32,000 nucleotides of DNA from Alkanindiges illinoisensis DSM 15370. GTDB lineage: Bacteria; Pseudomonadota; Gammaproteobacteria; Pseudomonadales; Moraxellaceae. The DNA is taken from positions 1,690,064-1,722,063 of the forward strand of contig NZ_JHUX01000003.1 of NCBI RefSeq assembly GCF_000619845.1, read 5' to 3'. Position numbers and translations under genes: made by a program. Positions 24,763 through 32,000 of the stretch are shown here, piece after piece. Below the pieces are notes generated by a model, which made no database searches, was not told where the DNA came from, and worked only from the letters and a program-made list of their open reading frames with translations. Position 1 is the stretch's first letter. Each line of letters begins with the position of its first letter.

Positions 24763-27700
24763 TTAGTCAATAATGCCACTGATACCAATACGGGCACTTG
24801 CTCCGCCTTCAGACGCAGCAGCTACACCACCGGTAAGACTCCAGCGACCGCTATCCGAAGTGCGGCGCAAGGTCGCACCAACTGCGTTTTCACCGCCATG
24901 GAAACCAGCACCAACCGAGTAAGTAAATTTACCCGGTACAAATGGTGCAGATTCCATTGATAGCGCTGCTGCAATACCGGCATTGGCACGTTTTTCAACT
25001 TTGTCAATGCGCTCGTTGGTACGGTAGAACGCCTGATCCAAGCGGTTGCTTAAAGCATTGGATTGATTATCAAGTTTGGTTAACGCATCGCCTACATTAG
25101 TGGCTGTTTCACCAGCCACCTGATAGCTTGGCGCTGTAATGTTGCCACTGGCATCTACTGCCGCACCACCACCCAGCGCATTGGCGACACTGGTGTTGGA
25201 CGCATGGAGCTGGGCACCATTTATTGCATCGCTGCTGGTGGCTGTTACGGCCCCGGCTTTAACACCTGTCACAGTACGGTTGCCGCTTGTACCGGCCATG
25301 CTCACGGAAGTGCCACCAGTATTTGCAGCAACAGTCACTTGTGCTGTATTACCAGCTTGCTGAACCAGACCAACTGAACCGTTGTTAATCTGGCTGGCCA
25401 GATTATTAACCTGCTGATTGGTTTCATAGAGCTGGCCACCATTTACTGCATCTTTACTACCGGCTGTCAGCGCACCATTTTTAACATTGGTCAATGTCGT
25501 GCCATCTGCACCACCGCCCAAAGTAATCTGGCCTTTGTTCACTGTGCCGTCAGCATTTTTATCATACTGAACAGCAGCATTACTTAAAGACTGGTTAGCA
25601 TTTTTGACATCATTCAGTGCAGTGTCGAGTGCGCCCAGTGCATCACCCACATTACTCTGGGTGCCGCCCTGTACATTGTAGGTTGGAGCCGTCAATGTGC
25701 CATTTGCATTAACAGCAGCACCGCCGCCCAATGCACTGGCCATATCCTTGATCTGGCCTACGGTTGCAGCAGCGTTATTTTGGCCACTGGCTGCAACACC
25801 TGTTAATTGACGATTACCGTCGGTGCCAGCAAAGTTCACTATCGTGCCGCCGGTTGCAGCGCCCACTGTAATTGGAGCAGTAATGCCCACTTGCTGTACC
25901 AGACCAATGCTGCCATTGCCAATACCGCTGGTTAAGTTGGCTAATGCATTGTCTACGGCTTTTAACTGTGCCAGGTTAACGGCATCAGAATCTTCTGTAC
26001 CTGGTGCAACACCTGTAATCTGGCGGTAAACACCATTGGCTGCATCACCGACTGCCACAGCACCTGTAGTACTGGTGGTTGCCGCAATTGCAAGCTGATC
26101 CGCAGCTGATGCTGCTTGCAGGGCATAACCCGCTACACCAGCGCCTGTGGTTGCTGCAGAATTGGAACCCAGCGCAACAGAACCATCTACTGTGGTTGTA
26201 ACATTATTACCCAGTACAAAGGTGTCATCGCTATTTACGGTATTGTTGTTACCAACCGAATAGCTGTCACTGCCGTTAATAATGCTTGGATCACCAATCG
26301 CACCGGAACGGTCACCGTTCACGATGTTACCAGTACCAATACTGATGGATTGCTCACCATTTACCTGCGCGTTATTACCAATAGCGATACTCTGATCAGC
26401 GCCCTGTGCAATATTGGCACCATCACCAATTGCTATTGCACTATCTGCTGCACTGCTGGCATCCACACCCATGGAAATAGTGCGGTTACCCTGCTGCTGA
26501 GCTGCTGAAACTGGCCCGATGGCAATACTGTCTTCACCCAGCGCTACAGCATCACTCTGCGTAGAATTGGTACGGAAGTATTTAATCCCAACGTCGCTGG
26601 TTTGCAGGTTATTAATCTGGCCACCAATGCTGTTCAGCGCATCACCTACAGTGTTTACCACCGATGGGGTAACAATCATCATGCCGGTATTTGGGTCAAT
26701 ACTGTAATTATTCACCGTATACTCTGGTGCAATAATCACGCCGGTGTTTGGATCAACATTACCACCGAGTGCTGTGGTCAGGTCTTTTAACTGTTGCATG
26801 TTGGCTGCATCAGTAGCATCTACACCATTGGCAACATCACGGAGCTGACGGGCTTCGCCGTTGGCATTGGCAAAGCTGATGCTTGTACCCAGAGAATCCT
26901 TGCCAACAGTAATTTCTGCGGTATTACCGGCTTGTTGAACCAGGCCAATAGTACCATTGTTCAGGTTACTGGCCAGATCAGCAATATCTGCGGTGTTGGC
27001 AGTAGTACGGCCATCGAGGTTACCCAACGCATCACCGACATTGTTAAAGTCAGCAGTAGTGCCGGTGTTGCTGCCATCATCCAATGTATAGGTAGGCGCT
27101 GACACAGTACCATCGGTATTAAGTGTTGCGTTACCACCCAGTGCATTGGCAATAGAGGTGTTGGCCGCATGAATCTGGCTACCATTAACAGCCTCAGTAG
27201 AGCTTGCACTGATTTCGCCAGAACCTACATTACCCAGCACAGTACCGTTGTTACCATTCAAGGTGACACGGTCATAATTTACGCTGCCATCCAGGTTGCG
27301 CTCATACTGTACGGCACCAGCAGACAGATCCTGAGTAGACTGACGTACATTTTCAATTGCGCCATCAATGGTATTTTCACCAGTTCCACCGATATTGCTG
27401 GCAGAGACTGAACCATTATTATTAAATGCATTTCCACCAATCAGATCAGTGACCGACTGAGCGTTGCTATTTAACTGATCACCCGTAACTGCATCGGTTG
27501 AGCCAGCAGCAACATTACCATTGGCAACATTGGTTAGCTGACGCGCATCACCGTTGGCATTGGCAAAGTCAATGGTTGTGCCTAAGGAATCCTTACCGAC
27601 TGTGATAGAGGCCGTATTGTTAGCCTGCTGAACCAGACCAATAGTTCCATTGTTCAGGTTGCTGGTTAGATCAGCAATGTCTGCGGTATTGGTAGTAGTG

Positions 27701-30700
27701 CGACCATCGAGGTTGGTTAAGGCATCGCCTACATTGTTGTAAGTGGTTGTACTGCCATCATTGTTGCCAGTGTCCAGTACATAATCTGGCGCGCTAACAG
27801 CACCTGTTGTCTTGTCATAAGCTGCACCACCGCCCAGATTGGCTGCTGTGCTAGTACCCAATGCATCAGTCTTGGCATCATTTGCACTGGCAGCCTGACG
27901 TACGTTATCAATGGCACCATCAATGGTGTTTTCACCAGTACCACCAATATTAGTGGTAGTGATTACACCGCCGTTATTAGTGGCATTACCACCGATCACA
28001 TCCGCTACAGACTGAGTACTGCTGTTTAACTGATCACCATTGATGGCATCAGTTGAACCTGCTGCAACACTGCCAGCGGCCACATTAGTTAGCTGACGCG
28101 CATCACCGTTGGCATTAGCAAAATTAACCGTTGTTCCCAAGGAATCCTTGCCAACAGTAATTTCTGCGGTGTTATTGGCTTGCTGAACCAGACCAATAGT
28201 ACCGTTGTTTAGGTTATCGGTTAGGTTTGCAATGTCTGCGGTGTTGGTAGTAGTACGGCCATCAATGTTGGTTAAGGCATCACCGACATTGTTAAAGTCA
28301 GCAGTGGTGCCAGTGTTGCTGCCATCATCCAATGTATAGGTTGGGGCAGTTACGGTGCCAGTAGCCGGATTATAGACCGCGCCACCGCCCAGATTGGTTG
28401 CAACGCTGTCACCCAAACTTTGTGCTGCATTTAGCGCCTGACCTACAGTAACAGCATCATCCAGCGCTGTGCCATCAGCCAGATTGGTGATGCGTTGACC
28501 ACCCGCATTGATACCTCCTGCAGAAATGCTTGGGCCAGTTGCATTGCCCTTGCTATCAGTAAAACCTAAGCCTGTCTGGTTTACCACAGTTGAATTACCA
28601 ACTGCATCAGTTACTGTGATGCCATCCGCATTGTAGCGGGCTGCACTACCAGCTGCATTGGTTACATAGGTGCCATCTGTGCTTAGTACAGTGCTGTTAC
28701 CCTTACCGTCATCCGCAGTTATAGTATTAATACTAATGTCTTTGTTCAGTGCAACATTAACACTGCCGTTGTCATCTGTACCATTTTGAGTCACGGTCAG
28801 GTTGCTGTCACCATTAAAGGTCACGGTACCATTAGGACCAATATTGCTGCTGGTAGACCCTGTACCATTGGCAGTCACATTCCAGCCTGCGTTGGCAGAC
28901 TGACGTACACTGTCAATTGCACCATCAATCGTGTTTTTACCAGTTCCACCAATATTGGTAGTGGTAATCACACCGGCTTTATTGATTGCATTGCCACCTA
29001 TCACGCTAGCCACTGACTGGGCGTTGCTATTTAACTGATCACCCGTAACTGCATCGGTTGAACCAGTGGCGACATTACCATTGGCAACATTGGTCAGTTG
29101 TCGGGCTTCACCTTTATCATTGGCAAAGTTTACGCTGGTGCCACCCGTACCTGCACCGACAGTAATCTGGGCGGTGTTGCTGGCTTGCTGAACCAGACCG
29201 GCTTTACCTGATGTCAGGTCAGCAATGTCTGCGGTGTTGGTAGTAGTACGACCATCCAGATTGCCTAGGGCATCGCCTACATTGTTGTAGGTTGTGGTGG
29301 TAGCAGTATTGCTGCCATCGTCCAGCACATAACCCAGCTTATCAATGGTGCCTGTAGTTTTGTTATAGGTTGCGCCACCACCCAAACTGGCTGCTGTACT
29401 TGCACCCAAGGTATCAGTTTTGGCATCAACAGCTGCAGTAGCAGTATTGAGCTGACCCAGATTTACGGCATCATTTGCCTGTGTCCCATCAGCCAGATTA
29501 CTAATAGTCTTGCCATCAGCATCAATACCATCCACTGTAATACTTGGGCCGCCACTAATTGTAAGACCAGTGCTCTCCAGGATGGTGTCTTTGCCAGCCG
29601 CATTGGTCAGTGTAATGCCAGTTGCCGCATAATTAGCAGTATTGGTGCCATCAGTGACATTAGTGCCTGTCGCTGTTACTGTGCTGACATTGCCCTTGCC
29701 ATCGTTTGCAGTCAGGCTATCAACAGTAACGTTATCTGCCAGATTATAGTTCACGGCATTATTGGTATGGCTTACCACCAGATTGCTATCTGTATTGGTG
29801 AAGTTAACTGTTTCACCCAGTTTTACGTTATCGCTGGCCACACTACCATTGCTGGTAATGTTAAAGCCTGTGTTGGTTACGGTAGTTGTAACATCACCAA
29901 TTGCACTGTTTAGATCACCTGCATTTACAGCATTGTTGGCATTACCAGCCAAGGTATAGTCACCTGCACTGGCAATACCCGTTAACTGACGATCACTACC
30001 TTTATCATTGGCAAAGTTTACGCTGGTGCCACCCGTACCTGCACCGACAGTAATTTCAGCAGTATTGCTGGCTTGCTGAACCAGACCAGCTTTACCTGAT
30101 GTCAGGTCAGCAATGTCTGCGGTATTGGTAGTGGTGCGGCCATCGATGTTACCCAAGGCATCGCCTACATTGTTGTAAGTGGTTGTACTGCCATCATTGT
30201 TGCCAGTGTCCAGTACATAATCTGGCGCGCTAACAGCACCTGTTGTCTTGTCATAAGCTGCACCACCGCCCAGATTGGTTGCAACGCTAACACCCAGAGC
30301 ATCAGCGTTGCCTGCACCGGAAAGCGCATTATTCAACTGATCAAGGTTAACAGCATCTGTACCAGCAGTTGCTGCACCAACATTGGTTAAGCGATTGCCA
30401 TTTAAGCTAGCGCCACCATTTAAGTTGGCAACACCTGTCGTGGTTAACGTACCACCGACGGTCGTAGCTCCAGTAACCGTTAAAGCACCACCGATGCTTG
30501 CTGCACCAGTCGAAGTTACGGTAGTAAAGGTCGGGGTTGCTGAGGTGGCAACACTAATGGTATTACCAGTACGGGTAATATTGATGTTATTGCCATCAGC
30601 AAAGGTAATTGTATCGTTTGCACCTACAGCAGTTGCAGTATCTTTATTGGCCTGAATTTTAAAGGTCTGATTTTGCAAAGTAGTAATGTTGCTGCTGTTT

Positions 30701-32000
30701 GCCGTTGTGCGCGCATCAACATTGGAAATCGCCGCGCCTACATTACCTACTGTCGTACCGTCTACGCTGTAGCTAGGTGCAGTGATGCCACCAGTACTTG
30801 CATCATACTTTGAACCACCGCCCAATGCTGCTGCGGTATCAACACCCTGTTGATTACTCAGATCATTCTGTTTTTGTAATTGCGCAACAGTAACGGCATC
30901 ACTGGCTGCTGCACCATCAGCCAGATTGGTCAGGCGACGCTTTGTTGTTGTATTACCGAATGATACAGTACCCTGCGTTGTTGCAGCAGTATTGGTCAGG
31001 AAAGCTGAGCCGGTTTGTGCTGCGGCTACAGAATTCAGACCCAAGGCCGCACTGTTTATACCAGTTACCTGCGCATTTAAGCCCAGTGCAACCCCGCCTG
31101 CCACGTTAGTGTTGGCACCTTCACCAATAACTACCGCATTGGCAGCAGTTGCTGTTGCACCTGTACCAATGGCAACTGATTTTTCAGCAGTAGCCTGTGA
31201 AAAGGCACCAATTGAAAGCGCATTATTTGCAGTGGCCTGTGCACCACCACCAAATGCTATAGAATCCTGGGCAGTTGCTTTCGTTTGACCGGTAGTTTGA
31301 TAATTTGTTCCTGACTGTCCACTACCACTGCTGCCAGCATTTTCAATATCAGGTGAACCAATGGCAATTGCGCGGTAACCAGTTGCTGTTGCAGAATGAC
31401 CTACTGCCAGCGAACCTTTACCTGTGGCAGCAGATACGTTACCAATCGCTTGCGCATAATCAGCCGTTGCAGTGGACTGACGTCCAATCGCCAATGAGGT
31501 ATTACCAGTAGATGCAGCCGCAACACCAATGGCGACAGCCGCGGTATTGGTTGCTTTGGCATAAGTACCCAAGGCAGTGGCCAAGCCAGCAGCCTCAGCG
31601 CCAGTCCCAATGGCTGTACTGCCACCGGTATAACCATTATCAGTACTCCACTTGATATTGTTGGTATTGGCAGTAGTACTATTGTTATATGGATTTTGGC
31701 GATCCAGAATACCCGAATCACTACCGGCTGTGGTATTACAGCCAATTGCAACCGCATTACCGCCTGAGGCTGTTGCCTGCTTGGTTGCACCTGTGGTTCC
31801 TGTACAACTGGAAATTGCTGTGCCAGTACCAGTGCCACCACCCGTTCCAGTTTCAGCAAAAGCCTGCGGTGCAAAACCGAGTACTAAACTGGCCAAGCCA
31901 GTTGTCACAACGCCGGCTTTTTTTGAACGACTTTTTGTTTTGCTTTTTGCAGTTTCTGAAACAGCCACCCAAGCGCCTGTTGAAGCATTCCAGACAACTC
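24763..32000 (-). CDS. ata: Giant trimeric autotransporter adhesin (Ata/AtaA-like); N-terminus truncated by the window edge
   Basis: The C-terminal YadA-type anchor ends ...GRWSLTGGVAAASEGGASARIGISGIID. Two blocks of YadA-head repeats are present (SxAIGxxAxA). The long stalk has repeated neck motifs (R.LTNVA.G...TDAVNG.QL). The frame stays open to base 32000, reading VVWNASTGAWVAVSETAKS, which is the extended signal peptide region (ESPR). The true start is therefore a few codons beyond the window, and GTG 31968 in the track is internal. Confidence 0.95.
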   Translation of the reverse strand, partial: VVWNASTGAWVAVSETAKSKTKSRSKKAGVVTTGLASLVLGFAPQAFAETGTGGGTGTGTAISSCTGTTGATKQATASGGNAVAIGCNTTAGSDSGILDRQNPYNNSTTANTNNIKWSTDNGYTGGSTAIGTGAEAAGLATALGTYAKATNTAAVAIGVAAASTGNTSLAIGRQSTATADYAQAIGNVSAATGKGSLAVGHSATATGYRAIAIGSPDIENAGSSGSGQSGTNYQTTGQTKATAQDSIAFGGGAQATANNALSIGAFSQATAEKSVAIGTGATATAANAVVIGEGANTNVAGGVALGLNAQVTGINSAALGLNSVAAAQTGSAFLTNTAATTQGTVSFGNTTTKRRLTNLADGAAASDAVTVAQLQKQNDLSNQQGVDTAAALGGGSKYDASTGGITAPSYSVDGTTVGNVGAAISNVDARTTANSSNITTLQNQTFKIQANKDTATAVGANDTITFADGNNINITRTGNTISVATSATPTFTTVTSTGAASIGGALTVTGATTVGGTLTTTGVANLNGGASLNGNRLTNVGAATAGTDAVNLDQLNNALSGAGNADALGVSVATNLGGGAAYDKTTGAVSAPDYVLDTGNNDGSTTTYNNVGDALGNIDGRTTTNTADIADLTSGKAGLVQQASNTAEITVGAGTGGTSVNFANDKGSDRQLTGIASAGDYTLAGNANNAVNAGDLNSAIGDVTTTVTNTGFNITSNGSVASDNVKLGETVNFTNTDSNLVVSHTNNAVNYNLADNVTVDSLTANDGKGNVSTVTATGTNVTDGTNTANYAATGITLTNAAGKDTILESTGLTISGGPSITVDGIDADGKTISNLADGTQANDAVNLGQLNTATAAVDAKTDTLGASTAASLGGGATYNKTTGTIDKLGYVLDDGSNTATTTTYNNVGDALGNLDGRTTTNTADIADLTSGKAGLVQQASNTAQITVGAGTGGTSVNFANDKGEARQLTNVANGNVATGSTDAVTGDQLNSNAQSVASVIGGNAINKAGVITTTNIGGTGKNTIDGAIDSVRQSANAGWNVTANGTGSTSSNIGPNGTVTFNGDSNLTVTQNGTDDNGSVNVALNKDISINTITADDGKGNSTVLSTDGTYVTNAAGSAARYNADGITVTDAVGNSTVVNQTGLGFTDSKGNATGPSISAGGINAGGQRITNLADGTALDDAVTVGQALNAAQSLGDSVATNLGGGAVYNPATGTVTAPTYTLDDGSNTGTTADFNNVGDALTNIDGRTTTNTADIANLTDNLNNGTIGLVQQANNTAEITVGKDSLGTTVNFANANGDARQLTNVAAGSVAAGSTDAINGDQLNSSTQSVADVIGGNATNNGGVITTTNIGGTGENTIDGAIDNVRQAASANDAKTDALGTSTAANLGGGAAYDKTTGAVSAPDYVLDTGNNDGSTTTYNNVGDALTNLDGRTTTNTADIADLTSNLNNGTIGLVQQANNTASITVGKDSLGTTIDFANANGDARQLTNVANGNVAAGSTDAVTGDQLNSNAQSVTDLIGGNAFNNNGSVSASNIGGTGENTIDGAIENVRQSTQDLSAGAVQYERNLDGSVNYDRVTLNGNNGTVLGNVGSGEISASSTEAVNGSQIHAANTSIANALGGNATLNTDGTVSAPTYTLDDGSNTGTTADFNNVGDALGNLDGRTTANTADIADLASNLNNGTIGLVQQAGNTAEITVGKDSLGTSISFANANGEARQLRDVANGVDATDAANMQQLKDLTTALGGNVDPNTGVIIAPEYTVNNYSIDPNTGMMIVTPSVVNTVGDALNSIGGQINNLQTSDVGIKYFRTNSTQSDAVALGEDSIAIGPVSAAQQQGNRTISMGVDASSAADSAIAIGDGANIAQGADQSIAIGNNAQVNGEQSISIGTGNIVNGDRSGAIGDPSIINGSDSYSVGNNNTVNSDDTFVLGNNVTTTVDGSVALGSNSAATTGAGVAGYALQAASAADQLAIAATTSTTGAVAVGDAANGVYRQITGVAPGTEDSDAVNLAQLKAVDNALANLTSGIGNGSIGLVQQVGITAPITVGAATGGTIVNFAGTDGNRQLTGVAASGQNNAAATVGQIKDMASALGGGAAVNANGTLTAPTYNVQGGTQSNVGDALGALDTALNDVKNANQSLSNAAVQYDKNADGTVNKGQITLGGGADGTTLTNVKNGALTAGSKDAVNGGQLYETNQQVNNLASQINNGSVGLVQQAGNTAQVTVAANTGGTSVSMAGTSGNRTVTGVKAGAVTATSSDAINGAQLHASNTSVANALGGGAAVDASGNITAPSYQVAGETATNVGDALTKLDNQSNALSNRLDQAFYRTNERIDKVEKRANAGIAAALSMESAPFVPGKFTYSVGAGFHGGENAVGATLRRTSDSGRWSLTGGVAAASEGGASARIGISGIID
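24766..24987 (-). other. YadA-like membrane anchor (beta-barrel translocator) domain of the adhesin (approximate)
   Basis: The last 74 residues are ANAGIAAALSMESAPFVPGKFTYSVGAGFHGGENAVGATLRRTSDSGRWSLTGGVAAASEGGASARIGISGIID. This is the four-strand pattern of the YadA anchor, preceded by a coiled coil. Confidence 0.85.
26120..26590 (-). other. C-terminal (second) YadA-like head domain of the adhesin (approximate bounds)
   Basis: KYFRTNSTQSDAVALGEDSIAIGP...SAIAIGDGANIA.GADQSIAIGNNAQVNGEQSISIGTGNIVNGDRSGAIGDPSII.GSDSYSVGNNNTV..DDTFVLGNN. These are left-handed beta-roll repeats, followed by a neck (YRQITGVAPGTEDSDAVNLAQL). Confidence 0.75.
27721..27842. repeat. 122-bp exact direct repeat inside the adhesin gene, copy A
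   Basis: A base-by-base comparison with 30157-30278 shows identity (ggcatcgcctacattgttgtaagtggttgtactgccatcattgttgccag...cccagattgg). The flanks continue at lower identity. Confidence 0.95.
29110..29289. repeat. ~180-bp direct repeat inside the adhesin gene (copy 1; partner at 29998-30177)
   Basis: A 57-nt exact core (29110-29166 = 29998-30054) is followed by about 120 nt with scattered mismatches. The offset is 888 bp (296 codons), in frame. Confidence 0.85.
30157..30278. repeat. 122-bp exact direct repeat inside the adhesin gene, copy B
   Basis: Identical to 27721-27842. The offset is 2436 bp (812 codons), so the copies are in frame. Confidence 0.95.
31020..31660 (-). other. N-terminal YadA-like head domain of the adhesin (approximate bounds)
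   Basis: Repeats STAIGTGAEA, AVAIGVAAAS, SLAIGRQSTA, AQAIGNVSAA, SLAVGHSATA, AIAIGSP, SIAFGGGAQA, LSIGAFSQA, SVAIGTGATA, VVIGEGANT, then a neck (RRLTNLADGAAASDAVTVAQLQ). Confidence 0.75.

Noticed and set aside
24822-31874. Numerous 60-157-aa ORFs on both strands inside the adhesin gene (e.g. 31401-31874, 26116-26508, 30926-31288, 30383-30655).
   Set aside because: They lie entirely within the 2,400-aa adhesin frame. Their low-complexity, repeat-derived sequences are typical of shadow ORFs in Ala/Gly/Thr-rich repetitive genes, and they have no start-site signals.
1-32000. Search for tRNA/rRNA genes, CRISPR arrays, IS elements, integrases, and toxin-antitoxin or defence-system genes.
   Set aside because: I found no cloverleaf-like or rRNA-like sequence and no short regularly spaced repeats. 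No transposase, integrase, nuclease, helicase or methylase motifs appear in any ORF. The only long repeats are the in-frame coding repeats of the adhesin.

Overview
The window reads as chromosomal DNA from a Gammaproteobacterium. An Acinetobacter/Moraxellaceae origin is my inference from the Ata-like adhesin and its ESPR signal; I ran no database search. There are three blocks. (1) 1-3260: the 3' end of a MerR-family regulator gene, an Old-Yellow-Enzyme flavin reductase and a saccharopine-dehydrogenase-like reductase. The last two sit behind near-identical MerR-type promoters with 19-bp spacers. (2) 3650-22600: a large organosulfur-scavenging (sulfur-starvation type) island. It holds an FMN reductase, an SsuF-like TOBE protein, two SsuB/TauB-like ATPases, three SsuC/TauC-like permeases, two SsuA/NMT1-like binding proteins, an MFS carrier, an OprO/P-like porin, two TauD-family dioxygenases, a DszA/NtaA-type FMNH2 monooxygenase, a nitroreductase gene broken by one in-frame TAG, a Tas-like aldo-keto reductase, a Crp-family regulator and a receiver-less sigma-54 activator (SfnR-like). 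At least three sigma-54-type promoters are visible. The soluble proteins of this island, about 2,800 residues, contain essentially no Met or Cys beyond the initiator. (3) 22800-32000: an orphan lipoprotein, a 750-bp AT-rich gap without long ORFs, a BamE/OmlA-only lipoprotein, and a giant two-headed trimeric autotransporter adhesin of more than 2,400 aa. The adhesin's first codons lie beyond the window end, and it carries long exact internal DNA repeats. I found no tRNA, rRNA, CRISPR array, transposase or integrase. All functional calls rest on motifs read from the translations and have not been checked by homology search.
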